The notes under the pieces were generated by a model, which was given only the letters and a program-made list of their open reading frames with translations, did no database searches and was not told the origin of the DNA. From Chthoniobacteraceae bacterium (GTDB taxonomy: Bacteria > Verrucomicrobiota > Verrucomicrobiia > Chthoniobacterales > Chthoniobacteraceae), in NCBI GenBank assembly GCA_044226525.1, contig JBGAGV010000006.1:157232-221231 (forward strand): DNA of 64,000 bases, written 5' to 3'. Position numbers and translations under genes: made by a program. Numbering within the stretch: the first letter of the stretch is position 1; every line of letters begins with the position of its first letter. Positions 43,498 to 51,737 of this stretch are shown piece by piece.

Positions 43498-44667
43498 TCA
43501 GCGGCCTGGGGCGAGTTCGAAGAGGAAACCTTTCAGGTATTCGGTCTCGGGGAGAGTGGAGATGATGGGGTGGTCGAGGCCTTGGGAGTAGGTGGCGAGC
43601 TGGCGGAGGGTTTTCTTGGCATCGACGACGGCTTCGTTGATGACTTCGCGGAAGTCCTCGGCGCTGACGTGGTGCGAGCAGGTGAAGGTGGCGAGGAGGC
43701 CGCCGGGGTTCAGCAGGTTCAGAGCGCGCAGGTGGATCTCCTTGTAGCCGCGGCGGGCTTCGTCGCGCTTGCCTTTGTTTTTGGTGAAGCTCGGCGGGTC
43801 GAGGATGATGAGGTCGAACTTGCGGCTGGCGCGTTCGAGTTCGCGCAGGGCGCCGAAGACGTTTTCTTCGCGGGCATCGATGCGGAGCTGGTTGCGCTCG
43901 GCGTTGCGCTGGATCTGGGCGACGCAGTCGGCGCTGATCTCGATGGCGGTGACGTCTTTGGCGCCAGCGCGGGCGCAGGCGAGAGCGAAACCGCCGGCGT
44001 TGGAAAAACAATCGAGCACACTGCGACCGGCCGCGTGCGCCGCGACGGCGCGGTAGGCGGGGAGTTGATCGAGGTAGAGGCCGGTTTTCTGGCCGCGCAG
44101 CAGATCGACCTCGAAGCTGATGCCATCGGCCTCGACGATGAAGGGAGGAGGCGGTTCGCCGAAGAGCATGCCGCTGCGCGATTCGAGACCCTCGGCCTGG
44201 CGCACGGAGCTGTCGTTGCGCTCGACGATGCTGGCCGGGGCGCACTCGCTGCGCAACGCTTCGACGATGATGTCGCGGCGCTGATCCATGCCGAGGGTGA
44301 GCGTTTGCAGCACGAGATGATCGCCATAACGATCGATGATGACGCCGGGCAGGCCGTCGCTTTCGCTCCACACCAGCCGGCCCAGGCGCAGGTTCACGCC
44401 GTGTTTTTCCCGGTATTGCAGCGCGAGCCGGATGCGGCGCTGGAAGAAATCGAGATCGAGATCCTGCCGCTGCCGGCTGAAGCGGCGGGCGACGATGGTG
44501 GAGCGCGCATTGTAAATCGCGCTGCCGAGCAGTTGATCGTGCCCCGACTTGAGCGAGATGACATCGCCATCCTGCGGATCGCCGAAGGCCTTGAGCACTT
44601 CGCTCGCATAGACCCAATCGTGGCCATGATAGAGACGGGAACGTGGGCGAATGACGAGTCCGGGCAT
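43498..44667 (-). CDS. rlmI: 23S rRNA (cytosine-C5)-methyltransferase RlmI-like class I SAM-dependent methyltransferase
   Basis: MPGLVIRPRSRLYHGHDWVYASEV... is a PUA-like N-terminus. ...SVLDCFSNAGGFALACA (motif I) ... LIILDPPSF (motif IV). At ~390 aa it is typical of RlmI/YccW. Confidence 0.8.
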   Translation of the reverse strand: MPGLVIRPRSRLYHGHDWVYASEVLKAFGDPQDGDVISLKSGHDQLLGSAIYNARSTIVARRFSRQRQDLDLDFFQRRIRLALQYREKHGVNLRLGRLVWSESDGLPGVIIDRYGDHLVLQTLTLGMDQRRDIIVEALRSECAPASIVERNDSSVRQAEGLESRSGMLFGEPPPPFIVEADGISFEVDLLRGQKTGLYLDQLPAYRAVAAHAAGRSVLDCFSNAGGFALACARAGAKDVTAIEISADCVAQIQRNAERNQLRIDAREENVFGALRELERASRKFDLIILDPPSFTKNKGKRDEARRGYKEIHLRALNLLNPGGLLATFTCSHHVSAEDFREVINEAVVDAKKTLRQLATYSQGLDHPIISTLPETEYLKGFLFELAPGR

Positions 44668-44727
44668 GTGTTGAAGGGGAGTGCTGTAACCGAGGCGAGC
44701 CGATGGGCAAGGGCGGCCTGCATGCGA

Positions 44728-45186
44728 CTAATCTTCGGACCAATAGGTTCCGAGGAGTGACCAGTGGATTCGCCCGTTTTCCCACCGCTCTTTTTCGCTC
44801 GTGAAACGCCACACCGCGAAACTGGAAAGCGAGAACATCTTGACCCGTTCGGTGGGAATAAAGATTTCAAAAACCTTGGGAGTGAGCAGCATTGTAAGGT
44901 CGTGATCGCTGACCTCGAATGGACTCCAAGTCAGTCCGGTATCCCCGCGTTCGCCGGTGTAAACTCGAAATGAGCAAGACAAAGAAGCGTAAGCTGAAGT
45001 CTCGCTGATTTGAGCAGGGTATTCGCCGTGTGCGGCCCGATACGCCTTCAGTTCGGCAAGCAATGGTCGAAGACTTTTGACTCGGGCTGGAGGTGATTCC
45101 GGCCACCACAACCACAGACCCACGTGAAAGAGGACGGCGATTGAGAGAACGCTCCAGCGGCTCGTGAGCAGAGGGAGGATATGCAC
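44728..45186 (-). CDS. Hypothetical membrane-anchored protein
   Basis: 152 aa. The N-terminus is hydrophobic (MHILPLLTSRWSVLSIAVLFHVGLWLWW). No recognisable domain. Confidence 0.35.
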   Translation of the reverse strand: MHILPLLTSRWSVLSIAVLFHVGLWLWWPESPPARVKSLRPLLAELKAYRAAHGEYPAQISETSAYASLSCSFRVYTGERGDTGLTWSPFEVSDHDLTMLLTPKVFEIFIPTERVKMFSLSSFAVWRFTSEKERWENGRIHWSLLGTYWSED

Positions 45187-45241
45187 GGCCGGATTCTATC
45201 AGAACGGGATGTCCAATCCACCGACAGATGCTGCGTTTGCT

Positions 45242-46139
45242 CTACGCCGCCAGCGCCTGATCGCGGTATTGCGTGGGGCTCTGGCCGGTGACCTTGCGGA
45301 AGATGCGGTTGAAATGGGTGAGCGACTGGAAGCCGATTTCGTAGGCGATTTCGCTGATGCGTTTCTGCGGATTGGCCAGCAGTTGCTTGGCTTTCGCGAC
45401 ACGCACGATGCTCAGGTATTGGGTGAAGGTGAACCCGGTCGCTTTCTTGAACGTCTTGCAGAAGTGGAACGTGCTGGCGTGGACCGCCTGCGCCACGTCG
45501 GCGAGGGTGAGCTCGTTGTCCTGATGCTCGGCGATGTATTCGCGCGCCTTGGTGACGAGGACCGGTTCGGTGTGATTCTGCTGCGTGGCGATCTGCTCCG
45601 CGGCGAGGGAGAGATGGCTCGCGAAGACTTCGAGCAGATGCACGATGGCCTTGTATTGCTGCCGGTTCAGCACTGGCGAATCGAGGTAAGCCGCTTCGAG
45701 TTCTTTCCAGTCGAGATGCGCGCCACCGCGCTCCAGCCATTCGGCGATGCGCCGGAAATTTTCGCGGCCCGGCTTTTTCATCATGACCTGCCCGGTTTGG
45801 AGGAAACCAAGGGTGTGACTGCCAAAACGCACCGGCACGGCTGTGTCGGTGAGCCCGGCGTCGCACACGTCCGTGTGCGATTCGCCGTCGTCCTTGCGGA
45901 TCTTCTGCTGCATCTCCAGGCACAGCTTGCAGCCGGGGGAAGTCTCGCTGATCCGCCGGCAGAAATCGTTGGCCCATTTGCTCTGGCGCAGAGCGGGCGC
46001 GCGGCGATCGGCGGAATGAAAGGCGAGCGGCAGGCCCGTGGCTTCGCTGAAGGCACGCTCGTAGTCGCGGTAAATCTGCGACCGCGTGAGCTGGCTGATC
46101 AGGTCGAAATGCTGGGGATCGGACACGGTCGCCATCATG
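45242..46139 (-). CDS. AraC-family transcriptional regulator with N-terminal sensor domain
   Basis: C-terminal HTH_AraC (…LTLADVAQAVHASTFHFCKTFKKATGFTFTQYLSIVRVAKAKQLLANPQKRISEIAYEIGFQSLTHFNRIFRKVTGQSPTQYR). The start is taken at MMATVS, downstream of the ORF-track start. Confidence 0.8.
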
Positions 46140-46400
46140 CGCGTGGAAAACGGATGGGCAAGCGCAAGCAGTGCCAAGAGCAAGAACGGGTCAACACCGG
46201 CCAATCTACGGAGAGCGGGGAAAACCGGACCTTTGCAGATTGGGGCCAATGAATGTGATCGCTCTAACAGTGTTCGTGGGACTGGTGCTCGTCACCCTGT
46301 TTGCCCTGCTTTTTGTCGCGCAGCTCCTCCAGCATCCGCCCGGAGGCGGACAGGAGGCGCTGCTGCCGTTGACGGATGAAAAACCCCAAGGCCCCAACCA

Positions 46401-48731
46401 TTGATGAACGCAACTACTGGAACCAAAACAACGATTGAGTTTAACGACAAGGTCGTCCGGCAATTTCTCGTCGCCACGCTGCTCTGGGGCGTCGTGGGCA
46501 TGCTCGTGGGCGTGCTCGTCGCGACCCAGCTCGCTTTCTGGCAGGCGAACTTCAACACCTCCTTCACCACCTTCGGCCGGCTCCGCCCGCTGCACACGAA
46601 CGCGGTCATTTTCGCCTTCGTGGGCAACATGATGTTTGCCGGCATTTACTATTCGCTCCAGCGATTGTGCAAAGCGCGGCTGGCGTCGGATTTCCTGTCT
46701 TCGCTCCATTTCTGGGGCTGGCAGCTCATCATTGTCGCGGCGGCGATCACTCTCCCGCTCGGGCTGACCCGTGGTAAGGAATACGCCGAGCTGATCTGGC
46801 CGATCAATATCGCGGTCGTGGTGATGTGGGTGGTCTTTGCGGTGAACTTCTTCTGGACGCTGGCGAAGCGAAATGAACCGACCATCTACGTCGCCATCTG
46901 GTTCTACATCGCGACGATCATCACCGTGGCGATGCTCTATATCGTCAACCACCTCTCGATCCCCACGAGCTGGACGCATAGCTATCCAATCTTTGGCGGT
47001 GTGCAGGATGCATTGGTGCAGTGGTGGTATGGGCACAATGCGGTCGCGTTCTTCCTCACCACGCCGATTCTGGGCATCATGTATTACTTCCTGCCGAAGG
47101 CGGCAGGGCGGCCGGTCTATTCCTATCGGCTCTCGATCGTGCACTTCTGGTCGCTGGTCTTCATCTACATCTGGGCCGGTCCGCACCACCTGCTGAACAC
47201 GGCGCTGCCGAACTGGCTCCAGGCGCTGGGCACCATGTTCTCGCTCATGCTGTGGGCGCCGAGCTGGGGCGGCATGCTCAACGGCCTGCTGACGCTCCGC
47301 GGCGCGTGGCACAAGCTGCGCACGGACCCGGTGCTGAAGTTCTTCGTGGCGGGCGTGACCTTCTACGGCATGTCCACCTTCGAGGGGCCGCTCATGTCGA
47401 TCAAGGCGGTCAACGCACTCTCGCACTACAGCGACTGGACCATCGGCCATGTGCATAGCGGTGCACTCGGCTGGAACGGCTTCATGGCGGCGGGCATGAT
47501 CTACTGGCTCGTGCCGCGGCTGTGGAAGCGGCAGCTCCATTCCACCCTGCTGGCGAACATGCACTTCTGGGTCGGCCTGGTGGGCATTCTCCTCTACGTG
47601 GCTTCCATGTGGACGAGCGGTGTGACGCAGGGCCTCATGCTCAGCGCCACCCGTGAAGGCGGCACCGTGCTGGCGAACCCGAACTTCCTCGATGCGGTCA
47701 CGAGCACGAAGTTCCTCATGCACATCCGTGCATTCGGCGGCTTCCTCTATCTGATCGGCTTCATCGTCTGCGCCTACAATGTGTGGAAGACGGCCTTCGG
47801 GGCGGAAGTCGTGAATGGCACGATGGAAGTTTATATCGAAGAAAAGGCCAAACCCATGGGCCTCGGCCAGGGGTTGCTCAGCGCGCCGGTGCTGGCGAGC
47901 GTTTCTCTCATCCTCTGCCTCGTCGGCTGGAGCATCCTGCCGGGAATCTGGGGAGGCCTCGCCTTGATCGGCGTGCTCGTGACCGTGCTGGGAGCGATCT
48001 ATCATAAGGAATTCCACGGCTCTTCCTGGGGCGAGTGGTATGAGACGCTGCTGGCGAACTCACTGCCCTTCACCCTGCTGACCGCTGCGGCGGTCGCGGT
48101 CGGCGGCATCGTGCAGATCGTTCCCACCGTCATCGTGCAAAAGGCCGAGAACATGGAGAGCGTGCGTCAGATTCCCTACACGCCGCTCGAACTGGCCGGT
48201 CGCGATATCTACGTCCGCGAAGGCTGCTACAACTGCCATTCGCAGATGATCCGCACGCTGGTGGGTGATGTTCTCCGCTACGGCGATTACTCCAAGCTGG
48301 GCGAGAGCATCTACGATCATCCCTATCAATGGGGCAGCAAACGCACCGGTCCGGACCTCGCTCGCGAGGGCGGGAAATATCCGAACGTGTGGCACTTCAA
48401 CCACATGCTCGATCCCCGCACGGTCAGTGCCGGTTCCACCATGCCGAATTACCCGTGGCTCTTCCGTCAGCAGACCGATGTCGGCGCGCTGGTGAGCAAG
48501 ATCGCGGTGCAAAAGAAACTCGGCGTGCCCTTCACCGAAACCACGCTGGCCGAGATCGAAGCCAGCGCGGCGAAGCAAGGCAAGGCGATCGCAGACGACC
48601 TCAAGACGGCTGGCGTCGAGACGCCAGCGGACCGCGAGATCGTGGCCCTCATTTCCTATCTCCAGAAGCTCGGGAAGAGCGAACCGGTCAAGCCGGTCGA
48701 ACCGCCCGCCAAATCCGTCGTTAACCGTTAA
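46401..48731 (+). CDS. ccoNO: cbb3-type cytochrome c oxidase, fused subunits I+II (CcoN-CcoO)
   Basis: The N-terminal 12-TM heme-copper oxidase core has conserved His (…GHNAVAFFL…HFWSLVF…WTIGHVHSG…HFWV…). The C-terminal monoheme cyt c domain has CYNCH and the CcoO-like …YDHPYQWGSKRTGPDL… At 776 aa it indicates a fusion. Confidence 0.9.
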   Translation: MMNATTGTKTTIEFNDKVVRQFLVATLLWGVVGMLVGVLVATQLAFWQANFNTSFTTFGRLRPLHTNAVIFAFVGNMMFAGIYYSLQRLCKARLASDFLSSLHFWGWQLIIVAAAITLPLGLTRGKEYAELIWPINIAVVVMWVVFAVNFFWTLAKRNEPTIYVAIWFYIATIITVAMLYIVNHLSIPTSWTHSYPIFGGVQDALVQWWYGHNAVAFFLTTPILGIMYYFLPKAAGRPVYSYRLSIVHFWSLVFIYIWAGPHHLLNTALPNWLQALGTMFSLMLWAPSWGGMLNGLLTLRGAWHKLRTDPVLKFFVAGVTFYGMSTFEGPLMSIKAVNALSHYSDWTIGHVHSGALGWNGFMAAGMIYWLVPRLWKRQLHSTLLANMHFWVGLVGILLYVASMWTSGVTQGLMLSATREGGTVLANPNFLDAVTSTKFLMHIRAFGGFLYLIGFIVCAYNVWKTAFGAEVVNGTMEVYIEEKAKPMGLGQGLLSAPVLASVSLILCLVGWSILPGIWGGLALIGVLVTVLGAIYHKEFHGSSWGEWYETLLANSLPFTLLTAAAVAVGGIVQIVPTVIVQKAENMESVRQIPYTPLELAGRDIYVREGCYNCHSQMIRTLVGDVLRYGDYSKLGESIYDHPYQWGSKRTGPDLAREGGKYPNVWHFNHMLDPRTVSAGSTMPNYPWLFRQQTDVGALVSKIAVQKKLGVPFTETTLAEIEASAAKQGKAIADDLKTAGVETPADREIVALISYLQKLGKSEPVKPVEPPAKSVVNR

Positions 48732-48737
48732 TCAACC

Positions 48738-48920
48738 ATGTTTCACCGCATCCTTGTGACCGAATGGATGAATCAGTTCGCGCTGCTCAGCTTCGCGATC
48801 TTCTTCCTGGTCTTTATTGGCACCGTCGTGTGGGCGTTCGCCCTCCCGCGCGAACGCGTGAATCACCTCGAGAGCCTTCCGCTGGAAACCGAACCGAAGA
48901 ATGATGAACCAAACGCCTGA
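48738..48920 (+). CDS. Small single-TM cbb3 oxidase subunit (CcoQ-like)
   Basis: 60 aa with one TM helix (LLSFAIFFLVFIGTVVWAFAL). It lies between ccoNO and ccoP and overlaps the ccoP start by 20 nt. Confidence 0.5.
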   Translation: MFHRILVTEWMNQFALLSFAIFFLVFIGTVVWAFALPRERVNHLESLPLETEPKNDEPNA

Positions 48921-49530
48921 TCCTAACCAACCCGCCGAGGCTTCGATCGATGTCGCAGACCTCCGGCCCCACGTCTATGACGGCATCCAGGAATACGACA
49001 AGCGATTGCCGAACTGGTGGCTGTGGACCTTCTACGGAGCGATTATTTACTCCGCCATCTATTGGACCTTCGGCTTCAATATGAAGATGGCGCCTGACCC
49101 CGGTCTGGCGCTCCGCGAGAAAATGGAAGCGGCCAAGGTCGAGGCGCTAAAAAATTCGCCTGAGCTGAGCGATGAAAAGCTGTGGGCGATGAGCCGCGAC
49201 GCTGGCATCACCGCAGCCGGCAAGGCGACCTTCGAGACGACCTGCGCGTCGTGTCATCGGCCGGATCTGCTGGGCATGATCGGGCCGAATCTGCGCGATC
49301 AGCAGTGGGTGCATGGCGGCACGCCGATGGTCGTGGTGAAGACGATCACTGAAGGCGTGCTGGCGAAAGGCATGCCGACCTGGGCACCGATTCTCGGAGC
49401 CAAGAAAATCGGCGAAGTCAGTGCCTATATCATGAGCTTCCACAAGGAAGGCGAGCCCGTGGAAATCAAACCGTGGGTGCCGGTCCTTACCCCCGGCGCC
49501 GCACCTGCCCCCGCCCCTGGAGCGAATTGA
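48901..49530 (+). CDS. ccoP: cbb3-type oxidase subunit III, monoheme variant (CcoP-like)
   Basis: N-terminal TM anchor (WWLWTFYGAIIYSAIYW) plus a single CxxCH (CASCH). The GMPxW-like motif (KGMPTW) is present. Only one heme-binding motif is seen, whereas classical FixP has two. Confidence 0.75.
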   Translation: MMNQTPDPNQPAEASIDVADLRPHVYDGIQEYDKRLPNWWLWTFYGAIIYSAIYWTFGFNMKMAPDPGLALREKMEAAKVEALKNSPELSDEKLWAMSRDAGITAAGKATFETTCASCHRPDLLGMIGPNLRDQQWVHGGTPMVVVKTITEGVLAKGMPTWAPILGAKKIGEVSAYIMSFHKEGEPVEIKPWVPVLTPGAAPAPAPGAN

Positions 49531-49544
49531 AAGGAGATACCAAG

Positions 49545-50915
49545 ATGAGCCAGCAACCGCCGCCACCCAGCCTCGCCCGAGTTACCACGATCAATGAGGA
49601 CGGTTCGCGCCGGGTCATTCATCCGGCGGCGGTGCACGGGCGCTTTACGAAATGGCGTGGAGTGGCCGCTGTGATGCTCCTGGCGATCTATATCCTGCTG
49701 CCGTGGATTCCGATTAATGGGAACCCGGCGGTGTTTATCGACCTGGCTCATCGGCAGTTCCATTTCTTCGGGCTCACCTTCGTCACACAGGATCTCTGGC
49801 TGGCGTTCTTCCTCGTCAGCGGGCTCGCGTTTTCCCTTTTCTACCTCACCTCGCTCTTCGGCCGGGTGTGGTGCGGATGGGCGTGCCCGCAGACGGTGTT
49901 CCTCGATATCTCGCGCCGGATCGAGCGCTGGATCGAAGGCGATCCGGCGAGCCGGGCGAAGCTCGACCGCAAACCGGATGGGCGGCGCACGCTGAAGCAG
50001 ATCGTGTATGGGCTGTTTGCGGCGGTGCTGGCGCACATCTTCCTGAGCTACTTCACTTCGCTGCCGCAGCTCTACCGGATGATGACCCATTCTCCGGGTG
50101 AGAACTGGAGCAGTTTCCTCGTGGTGTTCCTCATGACGGCGGCGCTGTGGTTCAACTTCGCGTGGTTCCGCGAGCAATTCTGCATCATCCTATGCCCTTA
50201 CGGGCGGTTGCAGGGTGCATTGATCGACAAACACACCATGGTGCTCGGCTACGACGTGAAGCGGGGTGAGCCCCGTGGGAAAAAAGGCACGGAAGGCGCG
50301 GGCGCGTGCGTCGATTGCCGCCGCTGCGTCGCGGTGTGTCCGACGGGTATCGACATTCGCCAAGGCCAGCAGATCGAGTGCATCGGCTGCGCGGCCTGCA
50401 TCGATGCCTGCGACGCCGTGATGGACAAACTGAAACGTCCGCGCGGACTCATTCGTTACGACAGCCTCGAAGGTCTCGAAGGCCGTCGCACGCGGTGGGT
50501 GCGCCCGCGCACGCTGCTCTATACCGCACTGCTGTGTCTCGGGCTGACGGCGATGACTTTCGCGCTGAGCACGCTGCGACCGGCGACGTTAAGCCTGCTG
50601 CGCATCCAGGGAGCGCCTTACATCATTTCCGAAGGCGAAGTGCGGAATCAGTTTTTCCTCCGCGTGCTGAACAAGCGGAATCGCGACGAGGTGTATCACC
50701 TCGAACTGGTGAACCCGCCCGCTTCTCTCAAGACGACCGGCTTCACGGAACCGCTGGCGGTTTCCGCGCTGGGCGAGCAGATGCGTCCGCTCGTGGTCAC
50801 GCTGCCGCGGAAAGATTTCCGAGCGGACTTTACGCTTCAGGTCCGTGTGCGCGACGCCGCCGGAAAATCCGTCGGCGAGAAAAGCGTCACCTTCCTCGGC
50901 CCTTTCACACCATGA
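49545..50915 (+). CDS. ccoG: Cytochrome c oxidase accessory protein CcoG/FixG (polyferredoxin-like)
   Basis: An RBS aaggag lies 9 nt upstream. TM helices are present along with CGWACPQ and two 4Fe-4S clusters (CVDCRRCVAVCP, CIGCAACIDAC), as in FixG. Confidence 0.85.
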   Translation: MSQQPPPPSLARVTTINEDGSRRVIHPAAVHGRFTKWRGVAAVMLLAIYILLPWIPINGNPAVFIDLAHRQFHFFGLTFVTQDLWLAFFLVSGLAFSLFYLTSLFGRVWCGWACPQTVFLDISRRIERWIEGDPASRAKLDRKPDGRRTLKQIVYGLFAAVLAHIFLSYFTSLPQLYRMMTHSPGENWSSFLVVFLMTAALWFNFAWFREQFCIILCPYGRLQGALIDKHTMVLGYDVKRGEPRGKKGTEGAGACVDCRRCVAVCPTGIDIRQGQQIECIGCAACIDACDAVMDKLKRPRGLIRYDSLEGLEGRRTRWVRPRTLLYTALLCLGLTAMTFALSTLRPATLSLLRIQGAPYIISEGEVRNQFFLRVLNKRNRDEVYHLELVNPPASLKTTGFTEPLAVSALGEQMRPLVVTLPRKDFRADFTLQVRVRDAAGKSVGEKSVTFLGPFTP

Positions 50916-51139
50916 ACTCGACCACTTCCGAAAAGAAACCCTGCCGCTGCACGCAATGTGGAAACGGGTGTTCGCATCGCAAGGAAACGCCCGAGCCCAA
51001 GCCCGAGGGTTTCTTCGCCCGCCGGCCGTGGATCTGGGTGATGTTAGGTTACGTCGCGATGGTCAGTGTGCTCTGCTCGATGGTGGTCATCGCGGTGAAA
51101 CATCAGCAAAAGGAGGTGCCGCTGGTCCATGGACGCTAA
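50912..51139 (+). CDS. Small Cys-rich membrane protein inside the cco cluster (possible metal-binding assembly factor; FixH/CcoS-position)
   Basis: MNSTTSEKKPCRCTQCGNGCSHRKETPEPKPEGFFARRPWIWVMLGYVAMVSVLCSMVVIAVKH... has five Cys in an N-terminal 12-residue stretch and then one TM helix. The ATG overlaps the ccoG stop (ATGA). Confidence 0.4.
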   Translation: MNSTTSEKKPCRCTQCGNGCSHRKETPEPKPEGFFARRPWIWVMLGYVAMVSVLCSMVVIAVKHQQKEVPLVHGR

Positions 51140-51737
51140 CCTGGCCACACCGCTCGCCGCCTTTGCCGCAGGGCTCGCCACCAGCCTGCATTGTGTGGGC
51201 ATGTGCGGCCCGCTGGCTTGCGCGGTTCGCGCAAAGCCACTGCGTTATCATGGATCGCGGTTCATCGCCTATTCGCTCGCCGGAGGCGTGTGCGGTGTCT
51301 TCGGCCAGAGCATGGCGATGCTCTTCCACGCGCCCGCGTTACGCCTCGCGCCCTGGGCCATGGCGGTGGTTTTGATTGGCCTCGCGCTCGGCCTCGAAAA
51401 GCGCATTCCCCAGCCTCGCTGGCTCGCGAAGATCATGCTCCAGGCTCGCCTCCGCGATCATCTCGGTTTTCTCACTCCGCTGCTCCCCTGTGGCCCCCTG
51501 TGGATGATGCTGAGCGTCGCCGCGGTGAGCGCTTCGGCGCTCCGCGGCGCGCTCCTCCTTTCAGCGTTCGTGGCCGGCACCATCCCGCTCTACGCCGGTC
51601 TGCAATCCTCTTTCCTCCGCGCCCAGAATCGACTGCCGGCCCAGTGGTTGTTTTGGCTCCAGCGCACCGTCGCCGTGGTGGCGGCGGGCCTGCTGGTGTG
51701 GCGCGCGATGATTCCTGTCGATGGACACTGTCATTGA
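51129..51737 (+). CDS. TauE/SafE-like (DUF81-type) membrane protein with HCxxMCGP motif, cco-cluster associated
   Basis: SLHCVGMCGPLACA is followed by 5-6 TM helices. Members of this family recur next to ccoGHIS. The start overlaps the previous gene's stop. Confidence 0.55.
   Translation: MDANLATPLAAFAAGLATSLHCVGMCGPLACAVRAKPLRYHGSRFIAYSLAGGVCGVFGQSMAMLFHAPALRLAPWAMAVVLIGLALGLEKRIPQPRWLAKIMLQARLRDHLGFLTPLLPCGPLWMMLSVAAVSASALRGALLLSAFVAGTIPLYAGLQSSFLRAQNRLPAQWLFWLQRTVAVVAAGLLVWRAMIPVDGHCH

Noticed and set aside
38941-44760. Long antisense ORFs: 38941..40662+ (573 aa), 41289..41852+, 42180..43238+, 43255..44760+ (501 aa), 43370..44812- (480 aa)
   Set aside because: They are shadows of the AlkP-family, Gly-rich and rlmI genes. 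The rlmI and AlkP frames show clear catalytic motifs and the alternatives do not. ORF 43255..44760 would also run through the tRNA.
46206-48017. 603-aa minus-strand ORF
   Set aside because: It is antisense to ccoNO. Its translation is His/Arg/Glu-rich low complexity.
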